DNA from: Epithemia pelagica
Taxonomy: Eukaryota; Protista; Bacillariophyta
NCBI GenBank assembly: GCA_946965045.2
Contig: OX337240.1
Coordinates: forward strand, 1,984,001-2,048,000
DNA: 64,000 bases
Direction of reading: 5' to 3'
Shown: piece after piece, positions 28,022-41,574 of the stretch
How the letters are laid out: each line of letters starts with the position of its first letter
Position numbering within the stretch: position 1 is the first letter of the stretch
Notes under the pieces: generated by a model
Databases searched by the model: none
What the model saw: only the letters and a program-made list of their open reading frames with translations
Told to the model about the DNA's origin: nothing
Made by a program: the position numbers and the translations under genes

Positions 28022-30742
28022 TCAGGAAAACCGCCCGTTGATGTTTGCGTTCTTACGACGGGGAAGCCCGAACAAGCGACATGCTGCATTGCATTTGTGC
28101 GTCCTGAAGAATGCATCCATTCCTCGTTTCCCTCGATTCGTTCGTCCAGACAGCATCCGATCATGTCTGTTGCGGCTGTGGATCGCAGGATCCGTCAACA
28201 CGAACTCCCGCCGTCCATCATGTCCCACTTGTTTCGTCGAACCTTGAAGATCAACCACCATGTGTTGGCAGCTGCTGAATTCATACGTAAAATGAGAAAA
28301 GGCATCCATAAAGTCTTCGTCACGAATTTCCAGCCCGTGTCCCAATACTGGAGCGGAAGCCACACGGTTGCGTGCACCTGAGGAGAAAGCCACATCATCA
28401 GTTTTCATCGCCCATGCTTCATCTTCGTCGCCATCCTGCTCATCTTCTGTGTCCTCCGTATCTTCCACGACAGGTTCTAGTCCACCACCAACCATAGCCG
28501 GGGCGAAGGCATTGGAACGCTGTGAATGTGATGGAGGAGTTAGGAGCAGTGTGTGGAAACGCTGATCAAGGTCGGAAGCCCAATTGTTCAAATTTGATTG
28601 AGAAGAAGCATTGCGAGCGCGTTGCCCATTGTTGTTGTTGTACTTGCGATAAGAACCATGAATGTAAGGTTCCACCAAAACACTCACGGATTCTCCATTC
28701 TGAACAAGGTCAAAGATGAAGCAGTTCAGGAAGCGAACACGTGGTAGGTTAATCAATTTTTCCTTGAGTATAGGGTCCAAACATTCGCTTTCATAGGAGT
28801 CCAGTGTAGCATTGTAAATGTCAGCGTAGTTCGAAGCTTGGGATTGCGTCAAGGCAAACTGTTTATGATACTGGTGTCGGTCCTGAACCAAGTTCGGGTT
28901 GATCTGAATTCCGTACGATCCGGCTGCAAAGGGAGTGATTTGATGTTTCTCGATGAAACGCGATTCTTTCGCAACCATAAGGGGGCCAAAGAATGCGTCC
29001 TTGTCCATGAATTGAAATTTGTAAGCGATTCTCTCTGCGCCTCTACTGAAGAATCCTTTCTTCCAGGCAACATCAAATATCGGCAGGACCTTATCCCTTA
29101 CAAGGTGACCCTGTCGACGTTGGTCAGCCATGTTGAGACATTGCTCTTGGGAGTGAATTACCATACGTGATTGGTAACAATCATGACAAAAGAAAACTGC
29201 CCGACACCCTGTGCAAATGCGTCCCACACTCGTATCATCAAACTCAGACCTTCTGTCATGAACCAAAACACTGCAGTTGGCACATCGGGGATCAATGATG
29301 CGACATAAAGAGTTGTTCTTGCTGTTCCATTTCCATACCTCGGATGTGTAGCTCCCTTCGGTAACTCTTGGGCCCTTAAAAAGCCGCCAATACCTCGAAT
29401 CTGGAAAACAATCGACCCACTCATTGCCACCCTGATGTTCACGCACAAGGTCGGACCGTAATTCCATGCGCTGTTGTCCACCTCGAATGCTCATTGTGTC
29501 TGACATGCTCGAGGAGTGGGAGGAGGATAAATGACTTTCAATAATGTGGTCAAGCGAATCTGAGGTTGTAGTAGCTGGAGCCTCAAAGACAGCTCGACAA
29601 CCATGAACTTTTGCTTCATCCACCATTTCGCGCAGGACTCGAAATTCATCCGCTTTGCCTTGATGGTGCGCAATGCCAACACAAGTTAGCGTAAGGCGTT
29701 CTCCAAAACGATTGGCCAGACGGCCCATCATTTTCGGAATGTTGTGATGAGCCGGATCAGACGGCCGTCCATCGGAAAACAAGAGGAGACTTAATCCACA
29801 TGTCCACAAGGAATTCTTTTGAAGCAAACGTTCGGCCGCTTCCATTGCAGTTTTGAAGTAGCCTTGACCTCGAGGCTGAGCATTTGTCCACTCCCGCAAA
29901 TGAACTAGTTTGTTGTAGAGCACATAATCTGTTGGCTCACATTCCAACATAACCTGCGCCGTTTCACGCATCAGAACAACACTGACAAGGTCATTTGGAA
30001 TTGATCGTTCGTTGAGGTTGTTGGCACCAATTTGCTCAAAAACCTTGCGTGCCAGGGAACTCCATACAGCATCAGATCGGCACCTTGCTCCATTGACATC
30101 ATCCCGACGCATGGAACCACTCATGTCGACAACAATCACACTATGGGAATTCCAGTTCTCCTTGTTTGACAAGATACATTGTTTCAGCTCATTGTGAGCC
30201 GCCTTGGCTGCTGGTGATTCATGGTCCCGGCTCTTTTCTATCATGAGGGGACGCATAGCTTTGGTCCCGCAAACAACATTGGGCGTATTTCTCAGGTTCC
30301 AGCATGTGATTCCACGGTTTCGTTTGGGATCCCAGATAAAGACCATTCCTTTGTAAGTGATTTTCCATCGTCCAAATCGCCCCTTTTCTCGCATACCGTA
30401 CCGCCGGGCCTCTTGGAGAGCCGTTCGTCTGATTCCACGCTGCTCTCCACGACGACGAATGTGTGTGGTGCAATTCAGATCCGAATTTAGAACCGAGTTG
30501 TGCTGTGGATCGGAAGCATGATGCAGATGATGCCGTGGAGCGGACAAGGCATGGTGTAACGCTTGAAACGGACGACGGCGACCTTGTGGAAGGTTGCTGC
30601 TCACAGTTTGGATAGCAGCGGCAGACGACGACGACGACGACGACGACGAATATCTTTGACGGTGCGTTTCGTAATGAGGACGTCGCCGTACAGCTGCAGC
30701 TCTTCGATGGCCGTCATTCTGCTTTCTTGTGGATAGTCCCAT
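28022..30742 (-). CDS. Multidomain alpha-kinase: DUF4258-like / vWA / Cys-rich Zn finger / eEF2K-type alpha-kinase, 906 aa
   Basis: vWA MIDAS motif VDMSGS; CANC...CTGC...CHDC...H...C; alpha-kinase motifs GAERIAY, VAKE, EPYI, AFSHFTY, VVDLQG, LTDPAIH and HKCNAAC. Confidence 0.88.
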   Translation of the reverse strand: MGLSTRKQNDGHRRAAAVRRRPHYETHRQRYSSSSSSSSSAAAIQTVSSNLPQGRRRPFQALHHALSAPRHHLHHASDPQHNSVLNSDLNCTTHIRRRGEQRGIRRTALQEARRYGMREKGRFGRWKITYKGMVFIWDPKRNRGITCWNLRNTPNVVCGTKAMRPLMIEKSRDHESPAAKAAHNELKQCILSNKENWNSHSVIVVDMSGSMRRDDVNGARCRSDAVWSSLARKVFEQIGANNLNERSIPNDLVSVVLMRETAQVMLECEPTDYVLYNKLVHLREWTNAQPRGQGYFKTAMEAAERLLQKNSLWTCGLSLLLFSDGRPSDPAHHNIPKMMGRLANRFGERLTLTCVGIAHHQGKADEFRVLREMVDEAKVHGCRAVFEAPATTTSDSLDHIIESHLSSSHSSSMSDTMSIRGGQQRMELRSDLVREHQGGNEWVDCFPDSRYWRLFKGPRVTEGSYTSEVWKWNSKNNSLCRIIDPRCANCSVLVHDRRSEFDDTSVGRICTGCRAVFFCHDCYQSRMVIHSQEQCLNMADQRRQGHLVRDKVLPIFDVAWKKGFFSRGAERIAYKFQFMDKDAFFGPLMVAKESRFIEKHQITPFAAGSYGIQINPNLVQDRHQYHKQFALTQSQASNYADIYNATLDSYESECLDPILKEKLINLPRVRFLNCFIFDLVQNGESVSVLVEPYIHGSYRKYNNNNGQRARNASSQSNLNNWASDLDQRFHTLLLTPPSHSQRSNAFAPAMVGGGLEPVVEDTEDTEDEQDGDEDEAWAMKTDDVAFSSGARNRVASAPVLGHGLEIRDEDFMDAFSHFTYEFSSCQHMVVDLQGSTKQVGHDGRREFVLTDPAIHSRNRHDRMLSGRTNRGKRGMDAFFRTHKCNAACRLFGLPRRKNANINGRFS

Positions 30743-31773
30743 GGTTGGCTGCTCGGTCTACCTGGACACGTGTTGTCGTGTGGGGAATTCTCAAACTTTT
30801 CAGTGAAAAGAGTGAAGAGAAACTGAAGTCTATTTTGCAGGCAACGACAGTGAGGAACGGAGGTGGAGATGTACCCCCAAGCGCCGGGCGAGTATTGAGT
30901 CGCACTTAAAAAGGGCTTTCGTATACTCACCCCCATGGCGCGATCCTGAGCTCTCGGTGTTGATACAAAATGCCAAGCATCTCCCCACTGTCATCGCGGT
31001 GGTGAAGGTGTAGGGGTCCCAAATCGATCTCCATCATGTCCATGTCTTCCCACAAATGACACTGTGTCGCTCAGACCACACCAAGAGAACCTTACGGGGC
31101 GCGATGATACTCTGGAGCATCGATGGCATCCACAGGAGAGTGTTCAAGGGAGAGGTAAATCGCCAAAACTTTCACTCCTGTCTCACAGAACAATTCATCG
31201 CCCAAACCCGGTGTTTCCCTGTTTCCTTTCTCTTCTTCCGTTGCGGGTGTAACCGTACGAGAGGAGTACAACATAAATCATAAGAAGGAAGACGACTAAG
31301 ACGAAAATAGCACAACAATCAACCATATGTGGCTGCATCGACAGATGGTGAGTCAGGAGAAGTCAGAGATAAAGACAAGGACTTGATGACAATCAACCAC
31401 AGTCTGCTTCATGGCAGAAACATGGCCATGATCCTAGCAAAGACAACAGCGAAGGATATGCAACAATCAGCTAATGAAACAACATAATAATCAGCATCTG
31501 TGATCATGCAACAATCAGACAGCAAAACAACTTATTACAATTGACAATTCCAAGAGGAGCAACCGGTAGTGGCTGGGCAAAAAACAAGCAAATGGTTCAT
31601 GTTTTGTCTTATTGTTGTTTTTCTATCTTGCCTTGGTATGAAAGTGGATGCAAAACGAAGACAAAGAGTACACAATAATCAGCCACAATTTGGGATATGG
31701 TTGAGGAACCATGATTGGTCGTTTCCAGTGCCCGTACTTGTCCTCCATTGGTGGTGATCGCTTACTAGAAATT

Positions 31774-31827
31774 CTTTTCCTCTTCATTGCGACTCAAACT
31801 CTTTTCCTCTTCATTGCGACTCAAACT
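31774..31827. repeat. 27-bp tandem duplication
   Basis: CTTTTCCTCTTCATTGCGACTCAAACT occurs twice. Confidence 0.9.
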
Positions 31828-33079
31828 CTTTAATCGATCGGAAAATGCAACGGCTACGGTGGAAATCCGACACAACGTACTTGACACCAATTTGGAGCTC
31901 TTCATTGTTTTGTTGGTAGCTTCCTCTTCCTCCTTGTAGTCTTCTCCCAACAAGGTTCATACAAGTTGTTGTTCCTTCAGAGGCAAGAATAACAAATTGG
32001 CACGTGATTTCGGGGTATTGATCAAGAGTTGCAACTTTCGCCAAGCCAAATAGGGATGCAACACGAGGCCTGAGATCAAGGCCAATTGCAACAGGGGACG
32101 GTCCAAGTTAAAAACAAATGCAGATCCATCAGGATTAATACGTCGCACCCAACAGATAGGTAACGACCACATCTGGTGGATTGTTGTGATAAATTTGTTG
32201 TGGCAGAGTTGAAATGAGCCTCGTAGTGGTATGAAAGGAGGATGGCCCGTTCCCATAGCGGCAATTGGAAAGAGGGAGTGGTGGGCGAATGCGAAGAGGG
32301 TCGGTGGAGGGAAATGTGGTTGTCTTGTGGGTTTGTAGACACGTCGTTGCTTCCAGTCATGATGGTGGAAATGCTGCTTGAGTGTGGCAGTTCGGCAGAC
32401 ACAACAGCAATGTTTCGGTGGGAGTTCAATAGCCGAGGCCCTTCAGTAGTGGCTATAAAACAGACCTGCAAACAGGTGCGCTGTAGCAGCTCCAATTGCC
32501 GATGCACTGGACCTCACTCGGTTGGGTCCACGGTGGAACTGTGGAGGTGAAAATGGATTTGTATCAACCTCGAAAAATCGCCAAATTTGGAGGACGCGCC
32601 ATGGGGGTGAGAACACGAATGCATATTTTCTCCGACTCAGGCGGGATTCAAAACTCACCCGGCGCTGGGGGGTAGGTGGAGATGGAGATGGAGATGGAGA
32701 AGGGGAGGAGAGGAGGAGGAGGCGTGACTTGCGTTTTTCACGCGGGTAACCTTAAGTTAAATGACTTGCGTGGTCAATGGTTGAGCCTACTAATGACTGT
32801 ATATTGTCTGTACTGATGTGGAGTGACGTGGCCGATGCTGGCCAGAGACTCCCGACATCAGAGGTGCGACCGCTCCGCCTCCTCGTCGCGAAGCGAGCAT
32901 CCGATTTCGATCCCCTCGGTTCTACGATTTGGATGACTCCTGATTCTGGATCGTAGGATCGTGAGAAGAGCTCACTCTTCTCGGGTTCAGCATCTTTGCA
33001 ACGATACTAGACGAGGTCCAAGATCGCAAGGTGCTAGTTAGCTATCATCAAGCATTTGTAACTTCCTTTGTTGTTTACC

Positions 33080-35400
33080 ATGACTTTCACCGATTTGCCT
33101 TCCTTTTTGAAGCATCCTCAGAAGGCTTCGCCGACTGTCTCTGGTCGTTCAGGCTCTCGTTCCTCGACCCCGACTCCTGGCGACACGACCAACCCAAGCG
33201 CTTCCTCTCGTGATCCCGATCATGGTGAACTCTCCGATTCGGAGATCCAAGGTTTGGCCTTCCCGACCTCCAAGAAACCTCCGACAAAAGAGAAGACTGT
33301 GCCTTTTGATGATGGTTCGAATGCCCCTTCGGCTGATACGTTGAAGGATGATTCGACGAAACCCTCGGATACCGACCTACACGAAGAAGCATCTCGCCGT
33401 TCCGAAGATGTTCCTACCGATAGTGATGTTGATGACTTGGTGAAGACAACTGGAGATCCTTCTCCAGTGTTGCAACAGCCTCGTCGTATCGAACTTTTCT
33501 TCGGTGCCGATTTTCCGCCGTCCTCCAAGACAAAGTTCGACCTTTTGCTTGATCGTGTATCTCAAGTCAATATGGTTGATTGGTGTGACTCTTTCTCCGC
33601 CCCTTTCGATGTCTCCCTGGCTTGCGATCCATCCATGTGGCCGTCTTGCGACTCCCGAAGATTTGAACATTTGGCTATCCTCCAAGATCAAGTCTAATTC
33701 ACTTGCCTTCTTGAGCGCCAATCGTTCCGGCCGTCCTTGTTGCTTCATATGCTTTGCTCTCCTGAAGATTGTGGTACCTTTGCCAACCCGAAGTTGACCT
33801 TTTATGCCCTCTATCGGATCCCATTTGACTCTCCTTCCTTTGAGATTCTCTTAGACGACATGACGGAGATGATTCGATTTTCGATGCACCGCAACATTCC
33901 GACTTTTTCGGAAATCATTGCACATTGTGTTGTTGATTCTGAATTCCCCAATGACAGAGACCTCCCTCGTCAATTTTTCGACCCTGAAAAATTGAAGACT
34001 CTCCTCCCGGCCTCCCCATCCAAGTATGACCAAGACCATTCCTTCTCTTGTTTGGGTCTCTGTATCCTTCCCCCAGCCTTGGCCGGACTCATTCTTCAGA
34101 ACTGTTGCGAGCCTTCCGATGACGACAATCTGACATGTGGATTGATGGCGAGCTTTCTTTATAAGACCACCTTATATTATTGGTGGTCTTTTCGTGATTC
34201 TCTTTCTCCTACTGTGAAGAAGGAAGGTCTCCCCCTCGATCACCCCTTCCTTAAGATTCAAGGCTCGATGTTTCGCTTTCTTTGGTTGATTGAGCACAAA
34301 AGTTCCTCTGTTCCTGTAACTCATCCCTCCGTTCCCAAGGATCTTACCGCCGCATCTGACTGCATTCAGCACCATCTTGATCTTGTCTTCCCCTCGTCCC
34401 CTTCGGAATCCCCTACTCCGAAGCGTTCGAACACCAGTACCAAGAATTTATCCTCCTCATCAGCTCCCCCATCTTCGTTGCGCTCTTCCCCCTTTGACTC
34501 CGGTTGATTGTCTTACCAATCCATCTGGGGTACGAATGACGGACGATGATGGGAATGTCCACTTCATCTCCCCCGTGATGTTCATACTTTCCAAGTGCAT
34601 CAAAGAAGTGACTTCCAAGAAATCCTCCCACAATGATGATATCACTTCTCCCGAGTCGAAGAGCATATTTCGCGACATGCCTCTTCACGCCCAAAAACAC
34701 CTACGACTGAGCGTCGTTAACCGTTCCTTCACGAGCCTTCCCGAAGAACTTTCCGACATTGTGAAACTCGTGCGGAAGTCGAAGAACTCCTCCGCCTTCT
34801 TTGAGTCCTTCGTCTCTGAGGTTTTTGACTCTTCGGATAACGCTTGCACTATCCTCTTGGGACAATGTGCAGTGATCCAACGATTGGGTCTATGCTGGAA
34901 AAGTGAAGCCTCTCCCGGTGGCTTCAGTCCTCTTGGCTTCGACCCCTATGCCATCCCCGGCATTGACTCCAGACACACCAGAGACAAGAACATAAGCCAA
35001 CAAATTCATGATGCCTCCTTGTGTCATCTCAACGAGATGAAGCAATCCAAGGACATGCAGTTGTTGTATACGAACCATAGCCTGTTCTTCCCCTGCACTG
35101 AGGACGAGTTTGAAAAACAGCTTCACTCCTTCTGGTCCTGTGCAAAAGGACTTTGTGGCTCAACGTCGTTCATCGCCTCCCATATCCTCAAGGTCCTAAA
35201 CTTCTTTCATCAACACCGGTACCTCATCATTGCGAAAATGCAGAGTTCCGCAAACGAGTTTTTCTTCTTCCAAATTCTTTTTGCTCTTGACGAGGCAGTT
35301 CAGGAATTTGTCTCGTCTCTGAGTAAAGCCCAGCAGATTGCAGACGTCGGGTTTGACGATATGGAGAAACGCTTCTCTTCTCGGTCAAGACTGGCTTTCC
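33080..35400 (+). pseudogene. Disrupted long ORF, possibly ORF1 of a retroelement (DIRS/Ngaro-like)
   Basis: The 33068 and 33737 ORFs share a frame and are separated by TAA 33695-33697; a frameshift near 34490 leads into the 34377 frame. No pol follows. The family assignment rests on recalled resemblance only. Confidence 0.45.
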
Positions 35401-35918
35401 TCTCTTGTAGGATCGATTGTAGAGAGAAAGAGAGAGAGAGACTGTACTACATGCATACACGACGACACTCTCTGCTCTGGAGGAAGGGAGGTGAGGTGAC
35501 ATGAGTCTACCCTAAAAGAAAGGGTTGTTCTACATCACACTACAAGAGTACGAGTAGACCACTCGTACTTGTACAACTCGTACAAGACTAATACTACAAC
35601 GTCCTCCATTTGCTTTCATGCATTCGGATTACATGAAGTAAAGCGTACTAACTACTACTACTTGTCTCTCTACTCTAGAGTCTCAAAGAACAAGAGATAG
35701 ACGTGCCTGGATCTTTGGTAGTCATATCATAGGACTCTCTGTAGGTGGAGGTGATGGTTGTTGCCAAGTTGATGGTGAGGGTGGGATCTAAGTTGGGTTG
35801 GTGGGGTGCTTGATCCATTGTTTCTTGCAATCATATACCTTGGGGGGTTCAGTCTTTCTTGTCGTGGGATACCCAGAGTTCTGATGCTTAGCTTGACAAG
35901 TCCATGTACATATTTGTC

Positions 35919-38707
35919 TCAGCCATCGCTTGGGTGTATGCTAAGACATAGTCGACTTGCTTCATAGCCCATCCTTGTGCCAGGGCTACATGTACCATTC
36001 ATCTTGGTCAACCCACTCTGTTCTACTTGGCGACGAGAGGTCCGCCTGGTCTGTTCAAAATGGTATGGTGATTTCCCTTCTTGAAGTTGTGAGATATGTT
36101 CTTCGGGAATACCTGCCACTTCACGAAGCATATCCAAGCTTTGCATCCACCAAATATTTTCAGCCAACTGTGTATCAAACACCCCTTTCCCACGTTTTTG
36201 GACTGTCTTCGCATTCAACTTAACGATTTCCTTGTGGTTACTTTCTTCAGATTCAACGTCGAGTAACCTTGCAGGACCAAAATTTTGTATCTGTTCCACA
36301 ATGTGTATCAGATTATGGTACTTTGGAATCATCCAACCATTGGTCATTAATTTTCCTTTCTTGTCCAACCTTGGAGTATATCTTCTAATACCATCCATCA
36401 TGATACGAACTGATTCCAAGGAAGCTTCAGAAGTGGCTTTCGCTTCTTCACAATCTGAATCACTTTCCCAGAATGTATCCATGCGAATCCAGCTATTGAA
36501 ACACAATAGTGTTTCAAATAGAAACAGGAAATCTATGTATGGCTCTCGTTCACCAACATCCCAAACAGAAGAATAAGCCACTGGGTCATTTTCGAATACA
36601 GTCTCGGTGGTAATAGCGGAGTCTTCATTGTTGTCATCGTCATCTCCTTCTCGTTCGTATTCACTGTCTTGAGGTTCTTCGGAAGTGGCTTTGTCACCAT
36701 TATTTGTTGACACTTGCTGCCGTGCCTTCCATTCTGTCACTACCTTCTCCCATTTCTTCATCATATTTTCAGCTAAGATTAAATGACCACGGACTGTCGA
36801 ACATAAGGCAGCCGAAACGAACATGATGCCTACCCATTCATTTGCTGTGACTTTGGATATATTGCTAATCCCATTCGAAAATGATGTTCCTGGATACCCC
36901 AGTTTGGAGGAATAGGAGAATACCGTCTGTCAATTTGCCCGAAAGATTGCATTATAGATGTAATCAAACATTGCTCGTTCAGTCTTTGTCATCAACACAA
37001 AAAATCGATCATGATATATTTCATGATTCCAGATTTCAAAGTGTGGAGGACATCACAACAAGTCGCAGAGAAGATCCCATTTTGTTTATTCATCCCCTCA
37101 CCCATATAAATATGTCCGAAAGAACTATCAACAGCATACTGTCCAATTTCATGCAGTTTCTTGCTAGCAGCTGAGATTACAGCTTCAACGGTTGATGGCG
37201 AGCCATTGTCATCATCAAGTGTATCATCATGAACGTTATCCTCTCGATCACCAGGTCCAGTCAATACTGATGTACTATCGAAGTGTTGGTTCCGCATAGA
37301 AACTTCCTGTTCACGTAGTGGTTCTCCATACTTGTTGAGTCCCAGAGCCGAAAGACTCCAGGAATGAATCTTCTTGACTTCTATATATTGGCATTCATGC
37401 CATGGGTATCTAGCATCTCTTGGTTTTATATTACAACACCAAGATAATCTCCCAACGTTCTTATGATGAGATGCATACCGGCCAGTAATGTTATCTTGGG
37501 ATTTCCCATCACCTTTCAATACTACCACGGGAAGCATCAAACGAACAACTTTGACGATCCCATGAAGTCGTAATTTCATCCACAGCCCACCACGTTCATG
37601 TATTGAAATGAGTGCTTGTAGAATTACGGAAAGTTGAGCGTGGTAATTTCGACATGGGGATCCTTTATCAAGAATTTGTTTCGCTGCAGACGATTTTCGT
37701 TCCATATCGGTAATCATCCCAAGAATTATTTGACGGGAAGGTTTCCTCATCTCTTCTTCCTTGAAAAACGATGGAACCATGACAACAGGTTCGGCAGTGA
37801 ATCGTTCATCACCAGTGGCATGGGTTTTGTCCATATATGCTATCAACCCCACAACAAAGGCTTCTGGGTCATCTTTGTATTTTGCTACCGTCTGACGGAA
37901 AACATCTCCATCTTGAATGTTTTGTATTTTGGAATTCGGAACATATGGTTTGTACGGATCTTCCTTGTCAAGGATTGTATTTTCTTGTCGTGTTGCTTTC
38001 TCATCTTGTAAGACACGCTGCAATTGACTAATGAAATCAAACACAACAGTGTTGATCGTTTTTTCACTTTCTGGTACAACGATACCTCCCTTGGACGTAT
38101 ATTCCAAAGCAACTGGTTGCACGGTTGGTTTTGGAAAATCAAAACCCTTCTTGCTGAACCGTTGGATAAATGAATTTCGTTTCCGATGGTTTTGTTCAAA
38201 GAAAGATGATCCGCACCTGGAGTATGTGTCCCTGGTCCATGCAAGAATAGAATTGAACAAATATTTTGGGCAACCTGCTTTACGAAGAATGATCATCAGA
38301 GACATAAGGGCAGTTTCATCATCATCCATCTTCACGTCGCTTGTACCAACAAGGAAATTCGGAAAGTCCAAAGGACATTCCTTTGAATTTCTATCAATAA
38401 TCTTCTGTGTCTCCCCAGGAACGTAATACGGCTTCGAATGTGCTTCAGGATTGTCGTCCACATCATCCAAAAGATATTCCATGACCCCACCTACCGAATC
38501 AATGTCCATATAGCTGTCGTTCCCCATCGTGGCTGCTGTGTTTCCTTGATTTACATCGGCTGCTGTGTTTCCTTGATTTTCATCGTCTCTTACCGGCAGA
38601 CACTGGTGTAAGATACCTCGGTTCTGGCTAGACGACATTCGAATGCGAGAGATGCCTCTTGTATCGTATACCGGTCTTTCCTTTTGTACTTTCTTCACGC
38701 GTCCCAT
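35919..38707 (-). pseudogene. Plavaka/CACTA-like DDE transposase, disrupted
   Basis: LIAYMDKTH, YHAQLSVIL, LKGDGKSQDNITGRY and PKYHNLIHIVEQIQNFG...D...ESNHKEIVK motifs. Frameshifts and a TGA at 36932-36930 lie between the two track ORFs. Confidence 0.78.
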
Positions 38708-39210
38708 GGTAACAATTCCGAGTCCAGCTCATGACGTGAAGACAAACTGTGACAATCCAAATTTGTAAATTTCAATGACATGCCTTATTCTTGTGAACAA
38801 GTCTTGTTTCCTCGTTTTGCACGTACCGGCCGGCGTATTCGCGACTGAAAATCAAAAAGAATGCATTTCATTTATAGAAAACGAGGATGCCCTTCCCCAT
38901 CAACGGCTGATCATTGTTTGAACATAATGTTTACATGCCGAGCTTGTCGAAACTGCGCCTTTTTTCTAACAAGGCTTTCAAAATCTTCTGTTGTGTCGAA
39001 CAACAGAGGCGTCTTACTCATCATGGTCCTAAGCACCAGGAAAGCTAGAAAGATGGAAGCTGAACATGATTGTTCAAAATAGAAGATTATTATGCACAAG
39101 TCCATTTGAAATGGAAGATAAGTATACAGAGCTGTATGCTGGTTATATTTTACTTGTTTGAATGATCTCAGAGTGTTTTGTTGAATTGTTGTCGTCCATA
39201 ATTTCTCGAT

Positions 39211-41281
39211 ATGACAAATACAAGAGGTACCACACAGCAATGCAAACGAACGTTGCCTTCGGAGCGGAGTCAACACTATAAAGACAATCAGGAAGCCTTC
39301 GAAAGGAAGAGGAAACAACGATTGAAAGAGATTTATCGTCAAAGACAGGGTCGGAATAAAGAAAACAGAGAGAATAAAGAAAACAGAGAGAATAAAGAAA
39401 ACAGAGAGAAGAACAATCATGATAATACAGAATCAAACGAAGAGGAAGACAGAACAACGGCTGTGACTGGTGATACAAACCAGAACAAGACAAACCAGAA
39501 CAAGACGAGTGGAAAGAAACGACTTAGGGAGATCCTGGAGTCAAGTGATGAGGAGGATGAAGAGGATGACGATATCGAAACAGGACGTGTCGGGCCGGAT
39601 GCAACAGATGACAAGTTGAAGGAAGACTCAAATGCCAATTCCGAAGGCAGTGGCGATTTACTAGTCCAAACGACAGCTTCAGAAAAGACTACACATTCCA
39701 CTTCAAACGTCGGAACTGATGAAGCCCTATGGACACAACCATCTGACGACCGTGTCGAAGATATGAACGACGGAGATGAGGCAGGAGTGAGTGTCTTAAC
39801 TGGTGTGGAGAGGGAAAGGGCACTTCAAAATATAACACCTTACTATGCCAATGGAGTGGGGAGTGGTCAGCAGAATGAATTTGGTTTTGTCCAAGATGAC
39901 AGTCATTTCCCAGTTGGGACTCTGATTAGTAAGTTCAACCACCTGACAGGTGTACCACTGCTGGAGGACGACTCTAATTTGGGTACTCGTGGGGTGATTA
40001 CAATAGGTGATTGTATGGCTTCTGACGTTTCTTCAATTTTGGACATGTCGTCCACCGTTTCAGCAGGAACAGCGGACGACCGTCAGCTTATGGATGAGGC
40101 ATTTTTGAATGAAGGACAACATCAGCCCCCACCACCTCAATCAGGTACTGTGTCAGGAGAATCACAACAAGATCAATCTGGCATCAATACACAAGCAGCT
40201 ACGGTGGTGTCAGCATCGACAAAGAGTAGGAAGGTTCCCGATGTTTGTACGGAAGATTTCTTTGTCAATTTTGTGAATGATCATGGATGGCGCTACATCA
40301 AGTACTTTTCAAAAGAAGTAGACTGTTCAGTCAAGGGCATGTTATGGAAGACTCTGGGGAAGGACTATTTTAAAAAACATGTATTCGACGTGAAAAGGAT
40401 TACATCCAACGAGGCTCAAGAAAGTTGGTGGGTGGTTCATTCACCTTACATGGCAGATCGTTTCAGGCAAAAACGATCAAACGTTCTGGCTGCAATGTAT
40501 AGAAAGTTTCGGAGTAAGTTGTCACCCCACATTGTTGATGATTTGGAATGTCATTTGGCACTCAACCATTGATGTTGGCATGCTGCTATTCTTTTCAGAA
40601 CATGTTTATCTTGACCTATGGCGTTATCATGGTGATGGGATTCTTAAGCAGAACTTTCCTCGCATGATACAAGACAATGAAGGCTTTGGACCTATGCCTA
40701 CATTTGAGGAGATGGCTAAACTGAGAGGTGCTGATTGTAGAAATGAGGCGTATGATTTTCTTATCCAGGTGTTTGGTGCTGCTGTGTATGGTGAAACTAT
40801 ATTCAAGGATGTAATAGATTACAGTCCCGTCGACGGTCCTTCAGAGGAAGGGAAGAAAAAACGATGGGAAGAGGCAATGACGAGATTCACCGTCAATGAT
40901 GAGGCCTTCATCATAACAATCCTAAAGGACTGTTGGAAAGTGTGGTTAAGGAAGGCAAAGAGAGAATTCAAGCAGAAGTTATGGGAGCATAGTACGGAAG
41001 AATGGTTCTCAGACAATGATATCGAAAATCAGATCAATACATCAGCTATGGTGCAACATGTTTACTCTGGTGGTTTGAATTCGTCAAGAGGAATGAGTGA
41101 GGAAGGTCTTGATTACTTTGATTCGATCGAGGACCAAATCATCAATCATGATAGAGTTGGAGGGCGGAGTGACAAGTTCATGGAGTTTTTGTGTAGATCT
41201 TATCGATCAAGATTGAACTTGATAGGATCAAGTTCGCGACAGGGAGCTGCAAGGAAGATACGAAAGAGGAATTTCAAGTAG
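39211..41281 (+). CDS. Probable accessory protein of the Plavaka/CACTA-like element; join(39211..40513,40599..41281), 661 aa
   Basis: An 85-nt GT-AG intron at 40514-40598 joins the two ORFs in frame (FRK|HVYLDLW). The gene is divergent from the transposase, with a low-complexity N-terminus and a basic C-terminus (RKIRKRNFK). Confidence 0.62.
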
Positions 41282-41574
41282 ATTAGAGACACAAAACAAA
41301 TGATTGATTGAAAAAGGTACTTCGAATAAAAGCCATTCGTGGAATGTTCTGCCATTTAGTGAATAATATAATGCACGACTTGCAAATCATGTTGCATGCA
41401 CATGCTGCTGATTGTTATGTGTGCATTATTATATGTTGGTAATGTGCATTTCAATTTTGTGGGTGCACATACTTTTTTCTGTATGTGCCGGTGTTCTTCT
41501 GGGGGGCGCATGGACCAGACACTCATGCACATAGAGGAAGAGTCGTGCACGCGTGAAAATGTATCTCGCCCGCC

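Noticed and set aside
31765-32507. Fragmented minus-strand frames (MWSLPICWVRRINPDG...) as a possible decayed gene
   Set aside because: No motif I could assign with confidence; it needs a translated search.
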